Below are positions 20,307 through 29,448 of a stretch of DNA of 64,000 nucleotides, one piece after another. This DNA comes from an uncultured Actinomycetes bacterium. GTDB lineage: Bacteria > Actinomycetota > Thermoleophilia > UBA2241. The notes under the pieces are model-generated. The model was not told where the DNA came from. It was given only the letters and a program-made list of their open reading frames with translations, and searched no databases. The stretch covers positions 384,001-448,000 of the forward strand of contig CAVYCN010000003.1 in NCBI GenBank assembly GCA_963767005.1, given 5' to 3'. The stretch's first letter is position 1; each line of letters begins with the position of its first letter. A program made the translations under genes and the position numbers.

Positions 20307-21623
20307 ATGCGCGTACTGGTTGTCGGCGGCGGCGGTCGCGAGCACGCCCTGGTCCACGCTTTCTGCGCCTCGCCGCTGGCCACGCAGGTGTTCTGCGCCC
20401 CGGGCAACGCCGGCATCGACCAGGAGGCCGACCCCGTCGCGCTCGACGGTGGCGACCTCGAGGGCCTGCTCGCCTTCGCCCGGCGCGAGAAGATCGACCT
20501 GACGGTCGTCGGGCCCGAGGCGCCGCTCGTCGCCGGCATCGCCGACCTGTTCGCCGAGCACGGCCTGCTCGTCTTTGGCCCCACCCGCGAGGCGGCGCGC
20601 CTCGAGGGCAGCAAGGTCTTCGCCAAAGAGGTCATGGCCGACGCCGGCGTGGCCAGCGGCCGCTACCGCCGCCACGACGACCTGAGCGCCGCCCTGCGCG
20701 ACGTCGCCTCGCAGGACGTCTGGCCGCTCGTGGTCAAAGCCGACGGCCTGGCCGCCGGCAAGGGCGTGATCATCTGCAACGATTGCGGAGAGGCCGAGGC
20801 GGCCGTGCGGCTCTGCCTGGCCGAACGCGCCTTCGGCGAGGCCGGCGACGCCGTGCTGCTCGAGGAGCACCTGAGCGGCCCCGAGGTCTCGCTGCTCGCC
20901 CTCTGCGACGGCACCAGCGTGGTGCCGATGGCGCCGGCCCAGGACTACAAGCGCATCTTCGCCGGCGACCAGGGACCCAACACCGGCGGCATGGGCAGCT
21001 ACTGTCCCGTGCCCGGCTTCACGCCCGACGTGGCCGAGACGGTGGCCGAGGACCTCTTCCGGCCGGTGCTCGAGGCGCTCAAGCGACGCGGCGTCGACTA
21101 TCGCGGCGTGCTCTACGGCGGCCTGATCGTGACCGACCACGGCGTCAAGCTGCTCGAGTTCAACTGTCGCTTCGGCGACCCCGAGACGCAGGCGATCCTG
21201 CCGCGGCTCGAATCCGACCTGCTCGAAGCCTGCCTGGCGACCGCCCGCGGCGAGCTCGACCCGGCGATGCTGCGTTTCAGGCCGGAAGCGTGCGTGTCGA
21301 TCGTCATGGCCTCGCGCGGCTACCCGGCCTCGAGCTCGAAGGGCGACGTCATCACCGGCCTCTCCGAAGCGGCGGCGCTGCCCGACGTGACGATCTACCA
21401 CGCGGCTACCGCGGTGCGCGGCAACGACATCGTCACCGCGGGGGGTCGCGTGCTGGCCGTGAGCGGCCTGGGCGAGCACTTCGCCGCGGCGCGCGAGCGC
21501 GCCTACGGCGCGCTCGCGCGCATCTCGTTCGCGGGCATGCAGTCGCGTCGCGACATCGCCGAGCGGGCCGTGCGCGCCGAGGCCGGCGAGATCGCGCTCT
21601 TCCCGGCGACGTGGGCTCGCTGA
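20307..21623 (+). CDS. purD: Phosphoribosylamine-glycine ligase
   Basis: VVGGGGREHAL, APGNAG, VVKADGLAAGKGV, QDYKR, GPNTGGMG, EFNCRFGDPE. Confidence 0.98.
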   Translation: MRVLVVGGGGREHALVHAFCASPLATQVFCAPGNAGIDQEADPVALDGGDLEGLLAFARREKIDLTVVGPEAPLVAGIADLFAEHGLLVFGPTREAARLEGSKVFAKEVMADAGVASGRYRRHDDLSAALRDVASQDVWPLVVKADGLAAGKGVIICNDCGEAEAAVRLCLAERAFGEAGDAVLLEEHLSGPEVSLLALCDGTSVVPMAPAQDYKRIFAGDQGPNTGGMGSYCPVPGFTPDVAETVAEDLFRPVLEALKRRGVDYRGVLYGGLIVTDHGVKLLEFNCRFGDPETQAILPRLESDLLEACLATARGELDPAMLRFRPEACVSIVMASRGYPASSSKGDVITGLSEAAALPDVTIYHAATAVRGNDIVTAGGRVLAVSGLGEHFAAARERAYGALARISFAGMQSRRDIAERAVRAEAGEIALFPATWAR

Positions 21624-21766
21624 CGCCGGCCCGACGCGCGCGACTCGCGGTGCGGGCCCGGCCGGAGGGTTCTGGTCGGCGGGTCCTCGCTGGGGGTAAG
21701 CTTCGCCGCAGGTCCGCCCGCACACCCTGACACCCGCACAGCCTGAACGGCCCGAAGGGAGAGGCA

Positions 21767-22216
21767 GTGGAAAAGACGAGTACCGAGGTCGAGACGCTGC
21801 TGGTCGGCATCGAGTTCGAGCCGGTGCTCGTCGGCATCGTCATGGGCAGCGAGTCGGACCGCGAGGTGATGGAGGCGGCCGGGCGCGAGCTCGACGACCG
21901 GCGCATCCGCCACGAGATCAACGTCATGTCCGCGCATCGCGACCCCGAGAAGGTGGCGCACTACGCCCGCACCGCCCAGGCCCGCGGCCTCAAGGTGCTG
22001 ATCGCCGGCGCCGGCAAGGCGGCCGCGCTGCCCGGGGTGATCGCCTCGTACACCAACCTGCCGGTGATCGGCGTGCCCATCAAGACGAGCGACCTCGGCG
22101 GCCTCGATTCGCTGCTCTCGATCGTGCAGATGCCGCCCGGCGTGCCGGTCGCCTGCGTGGCGATCAACGGCGCCCGCAATGCCGCGATCCTGGCCGCCCG
22201 CATCCTCGACGTCTGA
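21767..22216 (+). CDS. purE: AIR carboxylase / N5-CAIR mutase
   Basis: [41 protein letters not shown]. Confidence 0.96.
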   Translation: MEKTSTEVETLLVGIEFEPVLVGIVMGSESDREVMEAAGRELDDRRIRHEINVMSAHRDPEKVAHYARTAQARGLKVLIAGAGKAAALPGVIASYTNLPVIGVPIKTSDLGGLDSLLSIVQMPPGVPVACVAINGARNAAILAARILDV

Positions 22217-22231
22217 AGGGCAGGTCGCCGC

Positions 22232-22378
22232 GTGACACCCGACGACAGGGAGCCCGGCCGCCGCAGGCCGTCCATGCCGCCCGACCAGGGCCGCCAGGTC
22301 CTGGTCCTGGCGATCAGCGGCCTCAGCATCGTGGTCGCGCTCGCGTTGATCGCGCTGCTGCTGCACTTCGCCGGCTGA
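22232..22378 (+). CDS. Small single-TM protein (48 aa)
   Basis: GTG...TGA: TPDDREPGRRRPSMPPDQGRQVLVLAISGLSIVVALALIALLLHFAG; GC3-biased; below the ORF-track cutoff. Confidence 0.55.
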   Translation: MTPDDREPGRRRPSMPPDQGRQVLVLAISGLSIVVALALIALLLHFAG

Positions 22379-22414
22379 CGCCGGGCGACCCCCCCCGAGT
22401 CAAGGAGCCCCGAG

Positions 22415-22795
22415 ATGATCAAGCAGACCGTGTCGTCGCCGGCCGCGGCCCCGGCGATCGGCCCCTACTCGCCGGCCGTGCAGACCGAGACGCTCGTGTT
22501 CTTCTCGGGCCAGGTGCCGTTCGACGCGACCGGCGCGGTCGTCGGCGAGACGGCCGCCGAGCAGGCCCGCCAGGCGCTCACCAACCTGGGGCACCTCCTC
22601 GAGGCCGCCGCCATGACGAGCCACGCGATCGTCAAGACGACCATCTTCCTCACCGACATGAACGACTTCGCCGCCGTCAACGACGTCTATGCCGAGTTCT
22701 TCGAGAAGCCGTATCCGGCGCGCTCGACCGTGGCCGTCGCCGCCCTGCCCAAGGGCGTGCGCGTCGAGATCGAAGCGGTGGCGATGCGGGAGTGA
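22415..22795 (+). CDS. ridA: RidA/YjgF enamine deaminase
   Basis: AIGPYS, SGQVP, VKTTIFLTDMNDFAAVNDVY, PARSTVAVAALPKG, VEIE. Confidence 0.93.
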   Translation: MIKQTVSSPAAAPAIGPYSPAVQTETLVFFSGQVPFDATGAVVGETAAEQARQALTNLGHLLEAAAMTSHAIVKTTIFLTDMNDFAAVNDVYAEFFEKPYPARSTVAVAALPKGVRVEIEAVAMRE

Positions 22796-22802
22796 CCGCG
22801 TC

Positions 22803-23318
22803 GTGAGCGAACGCCGTCCGGCTCGCACGATCTACCGCTCGGCGGCGGGCGCGGCCGCCGGCGCGCCCGCCGCCGGCGCTCCCGCCGCCAAGCGCAGCCG
22901 CGGTCGGCTGCGCGACGCCTGGTGGCTCGCCCCCGCCCTCGCGCTGCTCGCCCTAGCGGCGGTCTTCGTCACGATCGCGTTCTTCCTGCTGGGCGGCGTC
23001 GGGCTGCTCGAGTACGTCGGCATCACGACGTCGGGCCGCACGTACGTCGGCACCTGGGGGTCGTCCGACCCGACTCTGAGCACCGCCGCGGTGCAGATCG
23101 CCAGGAGCGGCGACGCGTACACGATCAGCGGCCTTCGCGAGACCGGCGCCCAGACGGTCAGCGGCCGCGTGAGCGACGACGCGCTGGTGGCCACCGGCAC
23201 GAGCGGCGACGTGTCGTGGCGGCTGTCCCTCTCGTTCGCCAATCGCGATCAGCTGCACGCCGACCTCACCTGGAGCGATGGGCGCACGCCCCTCGCGGCG
23301 CTGCTGACCCGGCGCTGA
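22803..23318 (+). CDS. Hypothetical membrane-anchored protein
   Basis: TM segment followed by a beta-rich YVGTWGS domain; start inferred. Confidence 0.6.
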   Translation: MSERRPARTIYRSAAGAAAGAPAAGAPAAKRSRGRLRDAWWLAPALALLALAAVFVTIAFFLLGGVGLLEYVGITTSGRTYVGTWGSSDPTLSTAAVQIARSGDAYTISGLRETGAQTVSGRVSDDALVATGTSGDVSWRLSLSFANRDQLHADLTWSDGRTPLAALLTRR

Positions 23319-23387
23319 CCTCGCCGGGGGCTGCCCGTTTCTGAGAGAATCTGACCGTCTTCGACGGCCGCGACGGAGGGGCTCCCC

Positions 23388-24689
23388 ATGATCGACCGCT
23401 ACACCCTGCCCGAGATGGGCGCCATCTGGACGGAGCAGGCCAAGCTCCAGACCTGGCTCGAGGTCGAGCTGGCCGCCGTACGCGCCTGGAACCGCCTGGG
23501 CAAGGTGCCCGACGAGGCCGTGGCCGAGATCGAGGCCAAGGCCGCCTTCGACGCGGCCCGGGTGGCCGAGATCGAGCAGACCACCAACCACGACGTCATC
23601 GCCTTCCTGACCAACGTGGCCGAGTACGTCGGCGACGCCTCGAAGTACATCCACTACGGCATGACGAGCTCCGACATGCTCGACACCGGCCTCGCCCTGC
23701 AGATCAAGCGCGCCGGCGAGCTCCTGCAGCGCGACCTCGTCGCCCTCGGCGAGGTGCTCAAGCGACGCGCTTTCGAGTTTCGCGACACGGTGCAGGTGGG
23801 CCGCACGCACGGCGTCCACGCCGAGCCCATCACCTTCGGCATGAAGCTCGGCATGTGGGCCTTCGAGGTGGCGCGCCACCTCGACCGCCTGCGGCGCGTC
23901 ACCGACGGCGCCGCCGTGGGCAAGCTGAGCGGCGCCGTCGGCGCCTACAACAACATCGACCCGCGCGTCGAGGAGCTCGTCTGCGCCGAGCTCGGCCTCG
24001 GCTTCGAGCCGATCGCCAACCAGGTGGTGCAGCGCGACCGTCACGCCGCCTTCCTCGCGGCCCTGGCCATCGTCGGCTCATCGATCGAGAAGTTCACGGT
24101 CGAGGTGCGGCACCTGCAGCGCACCGAGGTGCGCGAGGCCGAGGAGGCGTTCGGCAAGGGCCAGAAGGGCTCGTCGGCCATGCCCCACAAACGCAACCCG
24201 ATCCTCTCCGAGCGCATGGCCGGCTGCGCCCGCGTGTTGCGGGGCAACGCCGTCGTGGGCATGGAGGACGTAGCGCTGTGGCACGAACGTGATATCTCGC
24301 ACAGCTCGGCGGAGCGGATCGTCTTTCCCGACTCGTGCATCCTGCTCGACTACATGCTGCGCAAGACGACGAAGCTGCTCGACACCCTGGTGGTCGACGA
24401 GGCCCGCATGCTGGCCAACCTCTCGGCCTCGCAGCGCCTCGTGTTCAGCGGGGCGGTGCTGCTCGCGCTCGTCGACCGCGGCATGCTGCGCGACGACGCC
24501 TACCGGGTCGTGCAGGACGCGGCCATGCGCGCCTGGCGCGAGGACGTCGACTTCGGCGACCTGATCAAGACCTCGCCCGAAGCCGCGGCCGTGCTGTCGC
24601 CGGCCGAGGTCGACGCGGCGATGGACCCCGACCAGTACCGGGCCGGGCGCGACGTGATCTTCGCCCGGCTCGAGGCCCTTTCGTTCTGA
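23388..24689 (+). CDS. purB: Adenylosuccinate lyase
   Basis: MIDRY, HDVIAF, GRTHGVHAEP, GSSAMPHKRNP, LWHERDISHSSAER. Confidence 0.98.
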   Translation: MIDRYTLPEMGAIWTEQAKLQTWLEVELAAVRAWNRLGKVPDEAVAEIEAKAAFDAARVAEIEQTTNHDVIAFLTNVAEYVGDASKYIHYGMTSSDMLDTGLALQIKRAGELLQRDLVALGEVLKRRAFEFRDTVQVGRTHGVHAEPITFGMKLGMWAFEVARHLDRLRRVTDGAAVGKLSGAVGAYNNIDPRVEELVCAELGLGFEPIANQVVQRDRHAAFLAALAIVGSSIEKFTVEVRHLQRTEVREAEEAFGKGQKGSSAMPHKRNPILSERMAGCARVLRGNAVVGMEDVALWHERDISHSSAERIVFPDSCILLDYMLRKTTKLLDTLVVDEARMLANLSASQRLVFSGAVLLALVDRGMLRDDAYRVVQDAAMRAWREDVDFGDLIKTSPEAAAVLSPAEVDAAMDPDQYRAGRDVIFARLEALSF

Positions 24690-25654
24690 TGCGGGCGGTC
24701 CGCGTCCACGCCTTCGGCGGGCCCGAGGAGCTGCGGCTCGACGAGGTCCCCGACCCCCGCCCGCCGGCGCCGGGCGAGGTGCTGGTGCGGCTGCGAGCCG
24801 CCGGCGTGAACCCGGTCGAGACCTACGTGCGTGCCGGCCAGTACGCGCGCCTACCCGATCTGCCCTACACACCGGGCACCGACGGCGCCGGCCTGGTCGA
24901 GGCCGTCGGCGACCCGGCGAGCACGCTGCGGCCGGGCGACCGCGTCTACACGTCGGGCTCGGTCAGCGGCACGTACGCCGAGGCGGCGCTGTGCCCCGCC
25001 GGCCACGTGCACCCGCTGCCGGACGGGGCCGGCTTCTCCGCGGGCGCCGCGCTCGGCGTGCCGTACGCGACGGCGTACCGGGCGCTGTTCCAGCGCGGCG
25101 ACTTGCGCGCGGGCGAGCTTGTGCTGGTGCAGGGCGCGAGCGGCGGCGTCGGCCTGGCCGCCGTGCAGCTCGCCGCCGCCGCCGGCCACGACGTGCACGG
25201 GACGGCCGGCTCGGAGGCGGGCCTGCGACTCGTCGCCGCGCAGGGCGCGCGGCTCGTCGTCGACCATCGCGCGGCGGGCCACGTCGACGAGCTGCGCGCG
25301 GCGACGGGCGGCCGCGGCTACGACCTGATCGTCGAGATGGCCGCCCACGCCGCGCTGCCCGCCGACCTCGGGCTGCTCGCCGCACACGGCCGCGTGATCG
25401 TCGTCGGCAGCCGTGGACCGGTCGAGATCGCGCCTCGTGACCTCATGAGCCGCGACGCCGACCTGCGCGGCCTGCTGCTCTGGAACGTCGCCCCCGACGA
25501 GCTCGCCGAGATCCACGCGGCGCTATACGAGGGGCTGGCCGCGGGTCGTCTGCGGCCGGTCGTAGCCCGCGAGCTGCCCCTCGCCGAGGCGCCCGAAGCC
25601 CACCGGGCGATCATCGCGGGCCCGGCGGCCGGCAAGATCGTGCTGCTGCCCTGA
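24689..25654 (+). CDS. NADPH:quinone reductase (zeta-crystallin-like MDR)
   Basis: AAGVNPVE, PYTPGTDGAG, PYATAYRAL, GASGGVG, GKIVL. Confidence 0.93.
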   Translation: MRAVRVHAFGGPEELRLDEVPDPRPPAPGEVLVRLRAAGVNPVETYVRAGQYARLPDLPYTPGTDGAGLVEAVGDPASTLRPGDRVYTSGSVSGTYAEAALCPAGHVHPLPDGAGFSAGAALGVPYATAYRALFQRGDLRAGELVLVQGASGGVGLAAVQLAAAAGHDVHGTAGSEAGLRLVAAQGARLVVDHRAAGHVDELRAATGGRGYDLIVEMAAHAALPADLGLLAAHGRVIVVGSRGPVEIAPRDLMSRDADLRGLLLWNVAPDELAEIHAALYEGLAAGRLRPVVARELPLAEAPEAHRAIIAGPAAGKIVLLP

Positions 25655-25724
25655 ACGGCAGCGCCTGTGAGCGGCGCCGAGCCTTGGTCGCCGCTTCAGG
25701 CTTGCGCGACGACGTCGTGCGCGC

Positions 25725-25892
25725 TTACTCCTCGTCGAGCGGCTCGAACATGTCGACGCCCGCGCCACAGTCGGGGCAGATCCAGTCGTCGGGCAGGTCC
25801 TCGAACGCCGTGCCCGGCGCAACGCCGTTGTCGGGATCGCCGACCGCGGGATCGTAGACCCAATCGCATAGCGTGCAGACGTACTTCTGCAT
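25725..25892 (-). CDS. Rubredoxin
   Basis: [55 protein letters not shown]; AAGGAG SD; absent from the ORF track. Confidence 0.96.
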   Translation of the reverse strand: MQKYVCTLCDWVYDPAVGDPDNGVAPGTAFEDLPDDWICPDCGAGVDMFEPLDEE

Positions 25893-26099
25893 GGGGTTGA
25901 CTCCTTCGCAGCGGTTCGCGGCGACCCGCGACGCGCCGGTCGATGGCCGGCGACGGGCGCGGATCGTCTCGCCTCTCGAGAGCTAGTACAGCGGGTGGAG
26001 ATGCGGCCCGTCAAGGCCGGCCGCGCGCCGGCGCCGCGGCCGATCGCGACGGTGTGCCGCGCTGATCGTCCGGGCGGGCGGCGACGCGAGGCGGGCGGG

Positions 26100-26133
26100 G
26101 CGGGCGGGGCGGCCGGCCGGCCGCCCCGCCCGC
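26100..26133. terminator. Perfect 34-bp palindrome downstream of the APC permease
   Basis: GCGGGCGGGGCGGCCGG|CCGGCCGCCCCGCCCGC. Confidence 0.5.
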
Positions 26134-26152
26134 CTGTCTCGCCGGCCGTACG

Positions 26153-27802
26153 CTAGCTGCTGAACCCGCCGGGCCCGTCCGGGCCCTGCGGACCGCTCAT
26201 CTCGGAGACGCCGGACGCGGCGCCGGCGTCACCCGCCGCGGCGAACTCCGCCCCGGCAACAGCCGGGGCCAGCTCGATCTCGTGGATGCTCGCCGAGAGG
26301 TCGATGCCGCGGGCCCGCTGGATCGAATACACGACGACGCCCGCGACCACGACGACGCCGAGCGACAGCATCACGATGTAGGTGTCGAGCCAGGTCGTGG
26401 ATTGCCGCGGCCAGCCGAGGTTGACGATCATGAAGACGCCGTACACGAAGGCGATGATGTTGACCGGCCAGCCCCACCTGCCCAGGTTGAAGTAGGCCTT
26501 GTCCTTGGGCCAGCCCTTGGAGCGCTTCACGAGGCCGCCGAAGACCACCATCTGGTAGGCGATGTAAGTGCCGGCCGTCGCCCAGGCGGTGACGCGGGCG
26601 ATCTGGACGAACGGGTCGCCGCCGCCGATGGTGACGTAGAGCAGCACCGCGATGGCGGCCACGCCGACAAAGAGCGCCGACGTGAGCGGCGTCCTGGTCC
26701 TGGGGTGGACGAACCCGAAGAACTTGTGACCGGGGATCATCTTGTCGCGACCGTAGGCGAACAATAGCCGCGTGGTGGCAGCCTGGATCGCCAGGCAGCA
26801 GACGAAGATGGCGGCGCACACCGACACCAGGAAGGCGTTCGTCACCCAGTTCGGGAAGTGCGCGTGGAAGATGTAGGCGATGGCGCCCGTGCTCTGCGCC
26901 TGCGTCTTGGCGACGTTGGGGATGGCCAGCACCATGGCGACCAGCCAGAAGGCCGAGATGGCCGCCGTAATGCCCACGGCGAAGAGCATCGCGCGCGGCA
27001 CCTCGCGCGTCGGGTTGACCGTCTCTTCGGCCAGACCGCCGGCGGCGTCGAAGCCGTACATCACCCAGGCGCCGGTCAGCATGGCGGCGAGGAAGACGCT
27101 GCCGTACCCGAAGACGGCGCCCTTTGCGGCGCCCGGCGTGGTGTTGAACAGCACGCCGAGGCCCTGATGCGAGCCGTGGCCGGTGATCACCGCGATGTAC
27201 AGGGCGGCGCCGATGACCACGAGGCCGATCATCTCGGTGACCGTCCCGATGTTGTTGAAGAAGGCGGTCACCTTGACGCTGTAGATGTTGAGCAGCATCG
27301 GTCCGACGGTGAAGCAGATGGCGATCCACAGCAGGGTGGTGTGCGTCGTCTGCCAGCCCATCAGCGAGCAGACGATCGGCGTCACACCGAAGGCCACGGC
27401 GGCGACCGTCACGACCAGCGCCACGGCGAACATCCAGGCCGTCCACCAGCCGTAGGTGCCCCCCATGAAGCGCTTGGCCCACTGGTAGACGCCGCCGGCC
27501 AGCGGGTAGTGCGACGCCGCCTCGGCGAACACCAGGGCGACCATGAACTGGCCGAAGACGATGATCGGCCACTGCCAGATCAGGCCGGCCGGGCCGCCCA
27601 CGTCGAGACCGTAGTAGAAGAGCGCATAGAAGCCGTTGGTCGCCGAGATGAAGCTGAAGGCGATCGCGAACGTCGAGAAGAAGCCCAGCGAGCGCCGCAG
27701 CTCCTGCTGGTAGCCGAACTTGGCGAGCAGCTCCTGGTCGCGCCGATGCTGGGCGTCGGCGCTGTCGTGGAACATGTGGTGGTGCTCGGTCTCCGGTGAC
27801 AC
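26153..27802 (-). CDS. APC-family amino acid/amine/polyamine permease
   Basis: LAKFGYQQELRRSLGFFSTFAIAFSFIS, HYPLAGGVYQW, YGFDAAGGLAEET, about 12 TMs. Confidence 0.93.
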   Translation of the reverse strand: MSPETEHHHMFHDSADAQHRRDQELLAKFGYQQELRRSLGFFSTFAIAFSFISATNGFYALFYYGLDVGGPAGLIWQWPIIVFGQFMVALVFAEAASHYPLAGGVYQWAKRFMGGTYGWWTAWMFAVALVVTVAAVAFGVTPIVCSLMGWQTTHTTLLWIAICFTVGPMLLNIYSVKVTAFFNNIGTVTEMIGLVVIGAALYIAVITGHGSHQGLGVLFNTTPGAAKGAVFGYGSVFLAAMLTGAWVMYGFDAAGGLAEETVNPTREVPRAMLFAVGITAAISAFWLVAMVLAIPNVAKTQAQSTGAIAYIFHAHFPNWVTNAFLVSVCAAIFVCCLAIQAATTRLLFAYGRDKMIPGHKFFGFVHPRTRTPLTSALFVGVAAIAVLLYVTIGGGDPFVQIARVTAWATAGTYIAYQMVVFGGLVKRSKGWPKDKAYFNLGRWGWPVNIIAFVYGVFMIVNLGWPRQSTTWLDTYIVMLSLGVVVVAGVVVYSIQRARGIDLSASIHEIELAPAVAGAEFAAAGDAGAASGVSEMSGPQGPDGPGGFSS

Positions 27803-27816
27803 GTGCCCCCCTCCCC

Positions 27817-28164
27817 TTACCGCCAGTGCGGATAGGTCACGTAGAAGAATTTGCCGTACGAGTCGGTGCTGAAGTAGACCAGCAGGCCCTTCTTCCGCGG
27901 GATGTAGACGACGTCGCCCGGCAGGAACGTGCGGGTGTCGCCGTCCTGCGCCAAGGTCAGCTCGCCCTCCACCATGAAGCAGACGGCCGCGTCGTCGTCG
28001 TAGTCGAAGTCGACCGGCGAGCCTGGAAACACCTCGCAGATGCCGGCGGAAAAGGGAGCGCCTTGGGTTCGATCGATCACGTCGACCAGGCTGAGCTTGC
28101 TGTCCGGGCCGACCTCGAAGGGCGCTGTCCTGATGTCGTCGGCGGCCACCAGATGGAACTCCAT
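27817..28164 (-). CDS. EutQ-like cupin
   Basis: APFSAGI, DFDYDDD, EGELT, PGDVVYIP, FFYVTYPHW. Confidence 0.8.
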   Translation of the reverse strand: MEFHLVAADDIRTAPFEVGPDSKLSLVDVIDRTQGAPFSAGICEVFPGSPVDFDYDDDAAVCFMVEGELTLAQDGDTRTFLPGDVVYIPRKKGLLVYFSTDSYGKFFYVTYPHWR

Positions 28165-28291
28165 ACCGTGCCTCCCCCGTGTGTGGCATGGTCGGGTCAC
28201 GGGCGACCGGGCGGTCGCTCGTTGCGGCTCTCCCGATGGCGCCCCCTTCCCGGCCGGCGGCCTGTCGCTGGGCCACAATGGCCCCCCACCA

Positions 28292-28320
28292 TTGACGCAC
28301 TTCGACGTTACCGACAGAAT
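28292..28320 (+). promoter_or_regulatory. Putative sigma70-type promoter of the PAS-LuxR gene
   Basis: TTGACG-N17-CAGAAT. Confidence 0.55.
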
Positions 28321-28363
28321 CCGGCTCGGCAAGGCCAGTCTTTTGTGAGGTTAGTGCGAGGGT

Positions 28364-29359
28364 ATGCCTAGCAGACGCATCCCATCCACGCTCGCGACGG
28401 CGTTCCGCCATGACGGCCGGCAGGTGCTGTTCGTGTCTCCCGAGGGCGCCGGCACGACGCCGCCGCCCCTCACCTACAGCGATCCTCGCCTGCGCGCCTT
28501 CCTGAGCGTGACCTTCGACATCCTCTACGACTGGAACATGCGCACCGGCGCCATCTACTTCGGCGAGCAGCTCGACGCGGCACTCGGGCAGCGGCCCGGG
28601 GCCTTCCCGCGCGACATCAGCGGCTGGTTCGACCGGCTGCACCCGGACGACGGCGACCGCGTGGCCGAGGCGATCGGCGAAAGCATCACGCGCCAAACGC
28701 CGTTCCGCTGCGAGTACCGTCTGCGCCATGACGACGGTTCGTACCGACTGATGAGCGACCACGGCGTGATCCTCACCGACGAGGCGGGGGACCCGGCCAG
28801 CATGATCGGCGTCATGCGCGATGTGACCGACGAGCGCGCGGCCGAGCTTGCGGCCCACGAGGCGCGCCGCGTCATGCAGGACGAGCTCGAGCGCACGGCG
28901 CGCGCCCTGCGCCGCCAGACGACGATCCTCGACGAGCGCAACGCCGCCCTGCGCGTGCTGCTCGAGCAGCGCGAGCAGGACCGCCGCGAGCTCGAGCAGC
29001 GCGTCGTGCTGAACGTCGAGCGTCTCATCGACCCGTCACTCGACCGGCTCAGCCACGCCCTGCGCCACCGGCCCGAACGGCTCGAGATCGAGGCCGTGCG
29101 GCACAACCTGCGCGAGGTCGTGTCGCCCTTCGCCGCGCGACTCGGCGCCCTGTACGGCAGCGCCACGCCGCTCACCCGGCGTGAGACCGAGGTGGCCAAC
29201 CTCGTGCGCTTCGGCAAGACGAGCGCCGAGATCGCCGAGGCACTCCACATCTCGACCTCGTCGGTGGCCTTTCACCGCGCCAACGTGCGTCGCAAGCTCG
29301 GCCTGCCCAAGGGCGGGCCGCGCCTCGAGACGCACCTGGCGTCGCTGGCGCGAGACTAG
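28364..29359 (+). CDS. PAS-domain LuxR-family transcriptional regulator
   Basis: DWN...LHPDD...EYRLRHDDGSYR...DVT PAS/PAC; LTRRETEVANLVRFGKTSAEIA...HRANVRRKLG HTH. Confidence 0.92.
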   Translation: MPSRRIPSTLATAFRHDGRQVLFVSPEGAGTTPPPLTYSDPRLRAFLSVTFDILYDWNMRTGAIYFGEQLDAALGQRPGAFPRDISGWFDRLHPDDGDRVAEAIGESITRQTPFRCEYRLRHDDGSYRLMSDHGVILTDEAGDPASMIGVMRDVTDERAAELAAHEARRVMQDELERTARALRRQTTILDERNAALRVLLEQREQDRRELEQRVVLNVERLIDPSLDRLSHALRHRPERLEIEAVRHNLREVVSPFAARLGALYGSATPLTRRETEVANLVRFGKTSAEIAEALHISTSSVAFHRANVRRKLGLPKGGPRLETHLASLARD

Positions 29360-29448
29360 ACACACCGTCACCCCCGACGTGAAAGCGGACAGCGCGTCGG
29401 CGGTCCTATCAGGTGCTCGACCCGTCGGCGCCTGACCGAGGAGACGTG

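Noticed and set aside
18138-21725. Very long antisense or alternate-frame ORFs (e.g. 18138-21725, 2740-5106, 52120-54267, 61555-63576)
   Set aside because: They are shadows of real genes caused by high GC3 and stop-codon scarcity, with no recognisable motifs.
21624-21766. Possible PRPP/ykkC-type riboswitch upstream of purE (AGGGTTC...GGTCCG...ACACC)
   Set aside because: It lacks the conserved 3' GGGAxAAAAGCCC tail; TAAGCT within it looks like a -10 box.
26153-28858. Apparent long fusions in the ORF track (901-aa permease, 921-aa purA, 970-aa purL, 737-aa murT)
   Set aside because: The N-terminal extensions are off-frame reads of neighbouring genes; internal starts with SD or stop/start overlaps explain them.
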